From Candidatus Doudnabacteria bacterium (GTDB lineage Bacteria; Patescibacteriota; Doudnabacteria; UBA920), in the NCBI GenBank assembly GCA_963788395.1, contig CAWBGV010000020.1, positions 69,195 through 133,194 on the forward strand: a stretch of DNA of 64,000 nt, written 5' to 3'. How positions within the stretch are numbered: the first letter of the stretch is position 1; each line of letters begins with the position of its first letter. Below are positions 49,688-60,188 of the stretch, piece by piece. Made by a program: the position numbers and the translations under genes. The notes below the pieces were generated by a model. The model searched no databases, had not been told where the DNA came from, and saw only the letters and a list, made by a program, of their open reading frames with translations.

Positions 49688-50521
49688 GTGCCTTACCAAA
49701 TTTTGCCAAATATACTTTTGATATTTGCAATTTTGGGGATTGTCCTGATAATCCTTCGCCATTTACCAGAGGCCTTGGAAGCGGAACACCTGGAGCAGGA
49801 GATCCCGGTGGAAAAACGTTTGCGCAAAAAAGGTTTGCCCGCGGTAGCGATTTCCCAATTAAAAACCAGGGCTAAAATTTTGACCAACAAGATTTGGAAT
49901 TTTGCGCTGGAGGCTAAAGATTTAAAACCGTCAGCCGTGGCTGGCTATAAAATTAAACAGTTGTTCGGGCAGCGCGAAAGGGCCGCGCTGCCCCGAACTA
50001 TGCCCGTGGCCGCGCCACTGGAGACTCAAGATGAGCAATATTTTTTGAAGCTGATTAAAGAAGATCCGCACAATTTGGAACATTATGCCAGCCTGGGGCG
50101 ATTCTATTCAGACGAAGGAAATTTTACGGATGCCAAAGATGTTTACCAGTATTTAACAAATCACCGGCCCAACATGCCGGATTATCAGGCTAAATTAGCT
50201 TACTGTTTGTTACGTTTGGGGCAATTTGAAAAGGCAGTGGAATTTTACCAACGCGCCCTGGCCCTTGATCCCAGCCATCCAAACCGCTATTATAACCTAG
50301 GCTACGGTTTGGACAGCCTGGGGAAACCGGCCGAGGCAGCGGCGGCCTTTGAAAAGGCTATTGAGCTGGAACCGGCAAATCCTAAGTATTACATCTTTCT
50401 CAGTAACGTCTATCTCAAACTTGGCCAGCCGGCCCGGGCCAAAAAAGTTCTCCTGAGCGCCAAAAAGCTTACCCCCCAAACTCAAGAGATCGCCGACCGG
50501 ATTAAAGCCTTGCCAAAATAA
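49688..50521 (+). CDS. TPR-repeat protein with N-terminal TM anchor
   Basis: Four or more TPR-like units (…GNFTDAKDVYQYL…GQFEKAVEFYQRALALDPSH…GKPAEAAAAFEKAIELEPAN…). Confidence 0.7.
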   Translation: MPYQILPNILLIFAILGIVLIILRHLPEALEAEHLEQEIPVEKRLRKKGLPAVAISQLKTRAKILTNKIWNFALEAKDLKPSAVAGYKIKQLFGQRERAALPRTMPVAAPLETQDEQYFLKLIKEDPHNLEHYASLGRFYSDEGNFTDAKDVYQYLTNHRPNMPDYQAKLAYCLLRLGQFEKAVEFYQRALALDPSHPNRYYNLGYGLDSLGKPAEAAAAFEKAIELEPANPKYYIFLSNVYLKLGQPARAKKVLLSAKKLTPQTQEIADRIKALPK

Positions 50522-50554
50522 AATCCCTGACATCCGCGTACCCGCAATCATTAT

Positions 50555-50630
50555 GCCGTTGTAGCTCAGTTGGTAGAGCAACTCCATGGTAAGGAGTAGG
50601 TCATCGGTTCAATTCCGATCAACGGCTCCA
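50555..50630 (+). tRNA. tRNA-Thr(GGU)
   Basis: GCCGTTG…CAACGGC-T-CCA, anticodon arm ACTCC-ATGGTAA-GGAGT, T-arm GGTTCAATTCC. Confidence 0.88.
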
Positions 50631-52107
50631 TAATACAACTTAAAGGGATTTTTCCTTGTTTAGAATGGGCGGCGGCTATCGCACGCTCGTTGTGAATGTG
50701 GGAGAATTCAATTTTCTGATTTTTTAAATAGGGGTGCGAGCCGAAATTTTTTGGGCAAAGTATTTTTTGGGGTGCAGTTCGGCGTATTGCGTGATTTCGC
50801 CCAATGTTTTTGCGTCTTTCACCCATTTTTGAGCGGTTCGAGCCAAGCGACAGACCTCTGTCGAAAATCGGCTATTTTCTCCTCCAACGACTTCTTGCAG
50901 GAGAGAAGATTTGCCTTCTCGCAGAGGTATGTTTCTGCTCAATATCTTGGTCAAAATAGCGATAAGAAGGCGTTGGAGTTTTGTCCTCAATAGCCAAAAC
51001 TTCATCTTTCATCGCTTGGCACGCGGCTAGTGGATATATTGGGCGTCTGCTTTCTCATCCTTGTCCGCCATAGTTTTATAGCTCCGCCCCATCGTGTGGC
51101 AGGACGAATTCTTTGAGGGTATCTGAAAGTGGCTGACCAGCTCCTCGCCCCTGATATAGGGCTGGGAGCAAACCGTATTCTTTTTGGTACAGCGATAATA
51201 ATATAATGGTGGGTTGCCGTTTACTTGCCGCTTTAGCTTATTCTCGGCGGTTATGCCCGGCCACATTCGCCACACTTAAAGAGCCCGCACAAAGGCTGTG
51301 GCTCGTTCTTGGGCTTCTATGGGGCTTGCCTCGGTCTTTAAGCACAGCTCTGCACTTGATCATAGAGCTTTTTCGTGATAATGGGCTTGTGTTGCCCTTG
51401 ATATATTCCCCGTTATAGCGGAAGTGGCCGTAGTAAAAAGGATTGGAGAGAATAACCGCCACTCGATCTCGCGTTATGGATTTTCCGCCTCTGTGTAAAG
51501 ATCTCGTTCTTCGCAAAAAGCGACGATATATCTTCCAAACGGGAATTGCCTTGAACATAAAGTTCATAGGCCGTCTTTACGATTTTTGCCCGCTTGCGAT
51601 CAACGACTATGCTCTTTATCCGGCTGTCATTCAGATAGCCAGTGGGCGCTTGGGTAGGACACTCCCCGCGCCGGACTTTCTCGTAAAGGCCACGTTTGGT
51701 GTTCGCACTTAAGTCCAAAATAAACTGATTAGCCATACCGAGTTCAACGGCCATAACAAGGACGTTATCGGTAGGATAAAGCTCCGGTCGTGGGTTTGGA
51801 TGTGCTGGATAACACCCTTTTGCAAGAACCAGCTAATCTGCCCGCCATCTATGGGGTTGCGGGCGAGGCGATCCAGTTTCCAGCAAACAATGCCTTGCGC
51901 GTCGCCCCGTTCTATGCTTAAAAGCATTTCGTTGAACACGGGACGGCCGGGACGTTTGGCCGACTGCTTCTCGATGAACTCTTGGACTATATTAAGTCCT
52001 TCCTGTTTGGCCAATGCCCGCAAAACAGCAAGCTGGTCTTCAATAGACCGGACTTGCTTGTCTTCAACGTCTGTGGATTTGCGGGCGTAGAGGAAGTAGT
52101 TAATCAT
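50631..52107 (-). CDS. Large serine recombinase (resolvase + recombinase + zinc-ribbon domains), at least 4 frameshifts
   Basis: YARKSTDVEDKQVRSIEDQ…LDRLARN (catalytic Ser domain, 51709-52107). Recombinase domain (51413-51754). ILSNPFYYGHFRYNGEY and CGECGRAITAE…YYYRCTKK zinc ribbon (51027-51567). C-terminal fragments extend to the tRNA. Confidence 0.75.
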
Positions 52108-52150
52108 AGGGGTAGAATGATAATTCTATATAGAACAATATTAAAATATT

Positions 52151-52159
52151 TGCTACAAT
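52151..52159 (+). promoter_or_regulatory. Extended -10 promoter (TGCTACAAT) for the XRE/R-M operon
   Basis: TGCTACAAT lies 26 nt upstream of the ATG at 52185. Confidence 0.4.
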
Positions 52160-52184
52160 GAAGCAAGTTCGTAATCCATAATCT

Positions 52185-52391
52185 ATGATCGATATTTCGG
52201 CTAAATTTGGCAAAAAGGTGAAAGAAATACGCCTTAAAAAAGGCTTGTCGCAAGCAGGCCTTGCGAAAATTTTAGGCGTTCACCCGACATATATCAGCGG
52301 CATTGAGCGTGGCGCTAGAAACATGGCGTTAAAAAATATTGAACGGGTTGCAAAAGCCCTCGGCGTGCCTATTGAGGATCTAATTAAATAA
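52185..52391 (+). CDS. XRE-family HTH protein (controller-like, directly upstream of hsdR)
   Basis: GKKVKEIRLKKGLSQAGLAKILGVHPTYISGIERGARN; 68 aa. The stop is 3 nt before the hsdR ATG. Confidence 0.8.
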   Translation: MIDISAKFGKKVKEIRLKKGLSQAGLAKILGVHPTYISGIERGARNMALKNIERVAKALGVPIEDLIK

Positions 52392-52394
52392 ATT

Positions 52395-54860
52395 ATGCAA
52401 AAAGAGGCGAAAGCAAGAATCAAAATAAATAGTCTGCTCCAAGAATCTGGCTGGAGATTTTTTGATGATAATTCAGGGACAAAAAATATTGAAGTTGAGG
52501 GAGATGTAAAAATGGAAAGTCTTGGAGATAATTTTGAGCACGTCAAAAAAGGTTTTATTGATTACCTGCTATTGGATACAAAAGGCTTCCCTTTGGCCGT
52601 TCTTGAAGCAAAGTCACAGAGCAAAGATCCTTTGGATGGAAAATACCAGGCGGAAAATTATGCTAAGGCCAAACGGTGCCGCTTTGTAATTTTAAGCAAT
52701 GGCGATGTTCATTACTTTTGGGATCTGAACCAAAGCGCGGAAAAAATCATTCTAAAATTGCCCACCCAAAAAGACTTAACTAAACTCCTTCAAGCTTTGT
52801 CAGCAATGCCGTTGGGAGGTATAGAAGTTAAAAATGACTGGATTGTTCAAAGTCAGGGTGCGGTTGCCAATGAAGACAAAAAATATTTGCGGGATTACCA
52901 GTTAGACGCAATAAAAACAATTTCCAATAATTTTGATAATGGGGGTAGGCGTTTTCTTTTGGAAATGGCAACTGGAACTGGTAAAACTCTTCTAGCCGCG
53001 GCGCTTATCAAACTTTTTCTAAAAACCGGCAATGCTTCCAGAATCTTATTTTTAGTTGACCGGATTGAGCTGGCTGATCAGGCAAACCAAAATATAAGCT
53101 CTTACCTAAAAGAATATAATATTGGAATTTTTAAAGAGAATAAGGAACAGGCTTTGCAGAATCAGGTTGTCATTGCCACCATTCAAAGCCTGTCGTATAA
53201 CCAAAACTACCTAAAATTTTTTTCTCAATTTGATTTCGACCTCCTTATTTCAGACGAAGCCCACCGCAGTATTTATGGAAATAATCGGGCGATTTTTGAA
53301 TACTTTGAAGCCGCTAAAGTCGGCCTAACCGCAACGCCAAAGATTACCTCAAAGGCATAGACGAGAAAAAACTGGTTGACACCGACCCAGGAAACTGGAA
53401 AAAAGAATTTTGCAGGACACCTATAAAACTTTCGGCTGTGAATCCGGCGAGCCCACGTTCCGTTTTGATTTAAAAGAGGCAGTATCACATAAGCCCCCTT
53501 ATTTAGTAAATCCGGTTATTTTTGATAAACGAACCGAAAAGACGGATCAAATGCTTTCCGAGCAGGGTTGGACAGACGCTTTCGTGGATGAAATTACCGG
53601 CCAGCAGATAGAGGAAACTTTTAAAATCCGACAGTTAGAACGGAAGGTATTTTCTGAAAGCCTAAACCGATTATTGGTGGAAGAGTTTTTGAATACGGCA
53701 AAGAAGGATCCCGTAACCAAAGAAGTAGGGAAAACTATAATTTATTGTATTTCTCAAAATCATGCTTCCAAAATCCAACGTTTACTAAATGAAGCGGCCG
53801 ATAAACTATGGCCTCAAAAATATTCTGGGCTCAATGGGGTTTTCGCGCGCCAGATTACCAGCAATGTCGTGGGCAGCCAAGATTTAACTAAAAAATTCAG
53901 GAATAACCAATTAGGTAATACCAGAGTGGCCGTAACAGTCAATATGATGACCACCGGATATGATTGCACAGATCTTTTGAACGTAGTGCTAATGAAGCCA
54001 ATTTTTTCTGTAAGCGATTTTGTGCAAATAAAAGGCCGCGGCACGCGCCCACATAATTTTAAAAATGAGTTGACCGCCCAGACAATTGAAAAAGACAATT
54101 TTTATTTAATTGATTACTTTGCGGTATGTGAATATTTTGAAGAAAAATACGACTACAAAGAGCCGCTCCGTATACAGATTAATCAAAAAGAAATTTTAAC
54201 CAAAGGAGAGTCTGTTAGCAAAGAGTCTGCCGATTTGGATTATACAACGCCTGAAACTGATTCAGCGGCTAGCGGTACACAAAGTGAACTGCCAATTGCA
54301 GTAGCGCACGGCAACTATATTTATATAGGCACGGATTTTCTGGTTCGGGATAACAAAATAGAGATAGGCGAAGACTGTATGAAAGTAGACCGGGAAGCCT
54401 ATCGGAATCGTTTTGAAGAGTCCGTCAAAGAGCTCATGTCTTCCGACGCGGATTTTCTGGATGCCTTAAAACACGATGACGTGGATACAACGGAAAAAAT
54501 TGCCCAGGAAAAATTATTGGAAAAACCAAAATACTATTTTTCTTTGGAATCTTTACGCAAGGCTTACCAGTCCAGCAATGGTCTGGCGGATTTTCTAAAA
54601 AAGGCCGCCGGGTTAATAGAAAAATTGCCGGATAAATATGACCGCTTAAATCAGGGGTTTGAGGAGCTAAAATTGGTATAAATCCTCCATACCATACGAG
54701 AAACTTAACTATTACGAAAATATTTATTCCTGTTATTTAACTAGCCCGGAATATCGTTCCGCCGTTCGAGCAGGGTAAATACACGGTGCTTGACAACCAG
54801 ACGCTCGGCGGTAGTGTTCCTATCGGCAGAGTCAATAAAGAGGAAATAGAAAATATCTAA
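52395..54860 (+). CDS. hsdR: Type I restriction enzyme R subunit (HsdR-like; at least 3 frameshifts)
   Basis: N-terminal PD-(D/E)XK (IDYLLLD…LAVLEAKS). Helicase motifs LEMATGTGKT and SDEAHRS. LTATPK… continues at 53410-54681, and a short C-terminal tail runs to 54860. Confidence 0.75.
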
Positions 54861-54887
54861 ACTTTATAAGAGAATCCAGTATCCCAT

Positions 54888-57388
54888 ATGTCAACTAGAC
54901 CGCAGGAATTAAAAAAAATTATAGACGACCTCCGCCAGATTATTGTCGGCAAGGTAGCTATGCCAACGGATCAAATTGAGCAGATTACCCTATTTCTGTT
55001 TTTAAAACAGTTGTCCAAAAAACATGATGACCTTGTAAGAATTGGTTCCAAAGAATTGATTTTCACCGGTCAGTGGGAACGTTATCATTTTGACGTTTTA
55101 ATGCGTCATAGCGGCGAGGAATTAGTCAAAGAGTGCCGCGAGGCTGTGGAGTCGCTTTATAAAAATCCGCACATTGAAGCAACGGTCAAGAAAAGTTTTT
55201 GAGCGCTCTTATTTAAAAATTCTTGAGCCAAAAGTCTTGAGTTCGTTTTTGGCCTATTTGAATGACAAATTTTCCGACGGCCTGGATTTGGGAGATTTTT
55301 ATGAGAGCTTACTCCCTATTTTAGGCACGCAAAATGAGTTGGGACAATTCCGTACCCCGCGCCATATCATAGATTTTATAGTCAGAGTTGTTGACCCCAA
55401 AAACGGAGAAAAAATTGCCGATCCCGCTTGTGGAACGGAGGGTTTTGGTGGCGGCATTTAACTATCTTAAAGAAAAATACACGGACGAAAAAGGCAGACT
55501 AAAGTTAAATCCAGAACAAATAAAAACACTTTACAACGAAACAATTTTTGGCTGGGATAGTGAGCCGTTAATGGTTAAATTTTCTCTGGCTAACCTCTAT
55601 CTTCATGGCTTGAAAGTTCCTAATGTTTCTGAAAACGACACGCTTCTCAATGAAAATCTTTGGCAACATTCTTTTGATATTATCGTTGCCAATCCGCCAT
55701 TTATTACACCGAAAGGCGGAGCACGCCGACATTCCCGCTTTGCTATCACTTCCAATAAAACCGAAGTGTTATTTTGCGAATGGATGGTTCATCACCTCAA
55801 TTTCAATGGGCGGATGGGCGTAATTGTGCCGGAAGGAATTATTTTTGACGGAAGCAAGGGACATCAAGCAATCAGAAAGTTATTTTTGGATAATGGCCTT
55901 TGGTGCGTAGTGTCTTTGCCGTCTCAAGTTTTTCAACCATATTCCGGAGTAAAAACTAGCATTGTATTTTTGGATAAAACCCTGAAACCAGAAAATATAC
56001 TTTTCTATAAAAGTAAAAATCACGGATTTTCTCTCAACACCAATCCCGCGCCAGTTGATCAAAACGATTTACTGGAGGCGATAACTTTTATCAAAAAGTA
56101 TAAGGAACTTTTACAAGATAACAAGCAAAAAGTATTTGAAAATTCAAAATACTACACCGTAGCGAAAACAAAGATTTTAGAGGATAAACTTTTTAGCTTA
56201 AATAGTGGTACCTATTTAGAAAAGGTAAAAATAGGCAATCAAAAATGGCCGATTGTGGAACTGGGTGAGGTTTGCGAAGTCTCGGCCGGAAATTCTGCAC
56301 CGCAAGACAAGAAATTATTTGAAAACGGTAAATATCCATTTTTTAGAACATCCGATGTTGGAGCTGTTCACCTATCTGATAACTTACATGATGTACGCGA
56401 TTGGTTAAATTCCGAAGGTATTGTTAATTTAAAATTATTTAAAAAAGGCACAATTTTATTTCCTAAAAGTGGCGCTTCTACATTCCTGAACCACAGAGTC
56501 GTTATGGGGTTTGATGGCTATGTGTCGAGCCATTTGGCGACAATAACTCCGAAGAAAGGGCTTACCATTAGTAAATATATTTATTACTCATTAGTTGGCA
56601 TTGATGCAAAAACATTAACACCTGATCAAGCTTATCCGTCTTTAAAAACGAGTGAGATTGCTAAAATCAAAATCCCTCTCCCGCATCTTGAAGTCCAAGA
56701 GCAAATTGTCGCCGAGCTGGAAAACTATCAAAAAGTCATTGATGGGGCGCAGGCCGTAGTTGAAAACTATAAACCCACGATTGAAGCTAACAAAGAATCG
56801 GAAATTGTTAATTTTGGCAACGACGAAGTTGTTGAGATTATTGATGGAGATAGAGGCGAAAATTATCCGCCCAAAAGCGAATTCAAAACTTCCGGCTATT
56901 GTGTTTTTCTAAATACAAAAAATGTAACGCAAACTGGTTTTGTTTTCGATGATGTTGATTTTATTTCAAAAGAGAGAGATGAAAAACTACGAAAAGGGAA
57001 ACTACATAAAAACGATGTTGTTCTCACAACGAGAGGAACTGTTGGAAATAGTGCCTTAAACGATAATTCTGTTGAATACGATCAGATTAGGCTCAATTCC
57101 GGAATGGTTATTTTGAGACCCAACATCAATAAAATTGATCCATCATTTCTTTGGAATGTTGTCAGGAGTAAATCTGTTCAAGATCAATTTCTCAAGATAA
57201 AATCTGGCTCGGCACAGCCACAATTACCAATCAGAAACTTAGTAACGATTGAATTTCCTTTGCCTTCGTTGGAAGCCCAAAAGCAAATTGTGGCAAAAAT
57301 TGAGGAAGAACAGAAAATCGTTGAATCCAACAAAAAACTGATTGGAATAATGGAGCAAAAAATCGCCAATGTTTTAAGAGAAATATAA
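54888..57388 (+). CDS. Type I R-M methyltransferase fused to a two-TRD specificity module (HsdM-HsdS fusion; 2 frameshifts in the M part)
   Basis: HsdM N-terminal domain (54888-55202). FRTPRHII…DPACGT (motif I). IVANPPF (motif IV). Then, within the single uninterrupted ORF 55388-57388, two HsdS-type target-recognition domains (WPIVELGEVCEVSAGNSAPQ… and …VVEIIDGDRGENYPPK…TTRGTVGNSA) separated by conserved helices (LEVQEQIVAELE and LEAQKQIVAKIEEE). Confidence 0.7.
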
Positions 57389-57394
57389 ATATGT

Positions 57395-58262
57395 ATGAGG
57401 CATTTAATTAACAATGACGGCACACCTTTTGATACATCTGAACTACAAACTTTACGCGATGAGTTAGACGCTTTAGATAATGACGGGCGTGCTGAATACC
57501 GAGATCGAAAATGCTTCGGACATCGCTCGACACAAAGCCGTAAAGTTTTTGATAGTTTCCGGTCCCGGAACCGGGAAAAGCTATTTGTTTTTGAATCGGA
57601 TTAACTATTGGTATAAACAAGACGCTCAAGCGAAAGTATTGGTAACAAGTTTTGTTAGAAAGTTAGTAGCGGATTTGCAAAATGATATTGACGGCGACGA
57701 GCAATTATCTGATGAGCAGAAAAGTAGCATAACTGCGTCAACCTTACATAAATTTGCGAGGAGTATCGTTGAGCAAAATCATGGTACGGCGGGTTGGCGA
57801 TTTCAGCCACACTTTCGGATAATAGGTCAATTCTGGAAAGATGTTGTATGGGGAGACACAATCGCGTTTTATTCTCTACTTGATAGAGATGACTATGCTT
57901 GGAAAAAGTTTGAGGAGCAGTTATATAATGCCGAGTATGAACAATCCGAAGAATGGACTAAATTAAAAGAACTTTATTTTAAGTTATGCCAATTTTATAA
58001 TGCAGCTGGTTTTGCCGATCTCATTTTGCGTGCTAAAGACGCACTTGTAGAAAACCCCCAACTTAACGAGAGCAACTATTTTATTATTGACGAGTATCAG
58101 GATTTTAATTCTGCGGAAGACGCACTGATAAATCAGTTAGTGAACGATCCAAAGGGTTTGCTCGTTGTGGGTGATGATGAACAGGTACTGATTATTATGA
58201 TGACGGAGATATTGGAGGGGAAAGTTTGGCTGATTATGACAGAACGACCGGGCAGTGGGTAA
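57395..58262 (+). pseudogene. Truncated UvrD-like SF1 helicase (N-terminal half only; also frameshifted)
   Basis: Walker A SGPGTGKS, then IIDEYQDFN, then VVGDDEQ. After that the ORF diverges and stops, and no helicase C-terminal domains follow. Confidence 0.6.
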
Positions 58263-58288
58263 TACAACCAAAAATTATTGGAGCTAAT

Positions 58289-58771
58289 TTACATTAGCCC
58301 TTTGTCCCTTAAGCTTGTGTGAGAATCAGCAGTTACAATCACGTGGTCCAAAACTTCTATGCCGAGAAGCTTTCCGGCATCTTTTAGCCGCTTAGTAACC
58401 GCAAGGTCTTCGTCAGACGGCTCTAAACTGCCACTTGGATGATTGTGAACAACAATTACAGAGCAGCAGTTTTTTAGAATAGCCGTCCTAAAGGTTTCTC
58501 TAGGATGGATTAAGCTAGCGTTTAACGTGCCAATGCTTATACTCTCTTTCCCGGTAATGTGATTTTGGGTATCCAGGAAAAAGACGCAGAAGTGTTCTTT
58601 TTTAGCTTTCCTAAAACTTTTGCATTTTTCAGCAACTTGAGCAGGATTATATACACCTCCCGGCATAGGTTTGACTGTTAAGTTACTGCTAACATATTGA
58701 CTGGCTTTATCCTTAGCCTCGGTGTCGCTCTCTGCCGTAAACTGGTAATTGATATTTATTTGATATTCCAT
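58289..58771 (-). CDS. RadC-like JAB/MPN-domain protein
   Basis: JAMM motif VIVVHNHPSGSLEPSDEDLAVTKRL…LDHVIV. 160 aa with no HhH N-terminal domain. Confidence 0.8.
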   Translation of the reverse strand: MEYQININYQFTAESDTEAKDKASQYVSSNLTVKPMPGGVYNPAQVAEKCKSFRKAKKEHFCVFFLDTQNHITGKESISIGTLNASLIHPRETFRTAILKNCCSVIVVHNHPSGSLEPSDEDLAVTKRLKDAGKLLGIEVLDHVIVTADSHTSLRDKGLM

Positions 58772-59108
58772 AAAGTTCCTTTTTGCTTACTGATTATGGC
58801 AAGCAAAAAACTCTGGAACGTTTTGGCGGTCAAGGGTGTAGCATAGCGGCGATTTATGCCCAGGCGTGAAACGGAATAAAGAAGTCCGCCCCTTTACGGC
58901 TAAAAACCCGCCTTGGGCAAGGTCAGGTTGAGGTGGCCAAGGTTAGCAGTTTTGGACAAAGTCAGTTCGCACCTTGTTGTACGGGCACTCCAGAATCAAA
59001 TTCTGTTTAACCTCCCGCTTAAGTGGGAGGTTTTTGTATAAAAAATGGGCGGCAAACTGATGGCTTGCTACCCAGAGATGTTTTTGATTAGTTGAATTCA
59101 GACTTAGT

Positions 59109-59751
59109 TTACTCTGAGCCTGGAACTCTTGCCAATCCGTGCTCAAAAGCATATCTGACAAGCCCCGCTTTCGAGTGGATATCGAGCTTGTGCATAATGT
59201 TGGTTTGGTGAGAGTCTATCGTCTTTGTGCTCAAACCCAGCCTATCTGCAACCTCTTGTGTATTATTCCCATTGGCTATCTCCCGAACTACTTGCCGTTC
59301 CCGAGGAGTTAAAAGTTCATCCGACTCAGGAGGCTCACCAGCAGCTAAGAAGCGTATTTTCCTTACCCTAACTCCGACATCATAGTACCGTGCGCCCGAT
59401 AGCGCAGCGGTAATGCTCATCATAAAAAATTGCGGGGTTACGTTGGTTGAGAGCACGCATTATATTCCTCAGGTTGTCTAATGACGCATCTTCAAAGTCA
59501 GCACTAGATGGGTTAGTCAACAAAATAATTGGCACCCTCAGTTGCCTTTGGAGCTTACCAACTTGCCTTCGCCAAAAGCGACCGTATTCATTCAAGTAGA
59601 TAATTAAGACATCGGTCGTTTTACCTATGATCGTTTTAGGGTCACTCTCCAGGCATTCCGAGACCACTTCCAGTTCCGGGTTAGTTCGTATAAAGGCTTT
59701 TAATCCTTCCATTAAAAGCGCACATTGCACCCACAAGCTAATCTTAACCAT
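59109..59751 (-). CDS. LuxR/NarL-type regulator with a degenerate receiver domain (frameshift near 59400)
   Basis: C-terminal GerE HTH (TPRERQVVREIANGNNTQEVADRLGLSTKTIDSHQTNIMHKL). In the N-terminal REC-like fold, the acidic pocket and phospho-acceptor positions read QC and Y (ISLWVQCALL…DVLIIYLNE). Confidence 0.65.
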
Positions 59752-59898
59752 AATCCCTCTTTTCCATTCGAATTTACGCTAAAAGCGTACTTTACTTTAG
59801 TCACAAAAAGCTTGATTGTCAAGGCCATATACTGTGTATCTGTCGATCAGTTCTTAAAATTTCTCAAATTGATGTGTCTTGAGTTTTTTTTTGATTTC

Positions 59899-59907
59899 TG
59901 GTAAACT
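59899..59907 (+). promoter_or_regulatory. Extended -10 promoter (TGGTAAACT) for tRNA-Tyr
   Basis: TGGTAAACT lies 25 nt upstream of the tRNA 5' end. Confidence 0.4.
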
Positions 59908-59931
59908 ATGAAAGAAGTTTGCAAATTATTT

Positions 59932-60019
59932 GGGCAGGTAGCGAAGCGGTCAAACGCGACTGACTGTAAATCAGTTGGCTTTATGCCTTCATAGGTTCGA
60001 ATCCTATCCTGCCCACCAC
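59932..60019 (+). tRNA. tRNA-Tyr(GUA), class II (long variable arm)
   Basis: GGGCAGG…CCTGCCC-A-CCA, anticodon arm ACTGA-CTGTAAA-TCAGT, variable arm TGGCTTTATGCCTTCA. Confidence 0.88.
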
Positions 60020-60135
60020 GGGTCAAGTTACCCTCACTCCGCCTCGGGCGGATCGGGGGCCCCGAAAGGGAACAACTTAGTTATTACCAGTGCTTGGTTT
60101 GCCAATTTTCCCTTTGGGAAAATTTGTTGGGTTTA
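60020..60135 (+). repeat. tRNA-trailer repeat, copy 2 (related to 302-425)
   Basis: CCACGGGTCAA, CCTCACT, CCGCCTCGGGCGGA, GGGGCCCC, and the A/T-tract hairpin CCAATTTTCCCTTTGGGAAAATTTG (60102-60126). Confidence 0.5.
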
Positions 60136-60155
60136 CATATATAATTTTCATACAC

Positions 60156-60188
60156 AAAAAATCCGCCTTTTGGCGGATTTTTTTTGTT
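60156..60188. terminator. Bidirectional terminator (tRNA-Tyr unit / ahcY)
   Basis: AAAAAATCCGCC-ttttg-GCGGATTTTTTTT. Confidence 0.8.

Larger units (their letters stand above)
50631..59800. mobile_element. Putative integrated genomic island between tRNA-Thr(GGU) and tRNA-Tyr (right boundary uncertain)
   Basis: A large serine recombinase abuts and overlaps the 3' end of tRNA-Thr. The cargo is an R-M system, a truncated helicase, RadC/JAB and a regulator. The region is visibly more AT-rich by eye (not computed). Confidence 0.55.

Noticed and set aside
50566-51005. ORFs 50566-50826, 50724-51005 and 50751-50993 as separate genes
   Set aside because: The minus-strand pieces read as consecutive C-terminal fragments of the serine recombinase (…WVKDAKTLGEI…KKYFAQKI / FGSHPYLKNQKIEF…). 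The plus-strand ORF is their antisense shadow.
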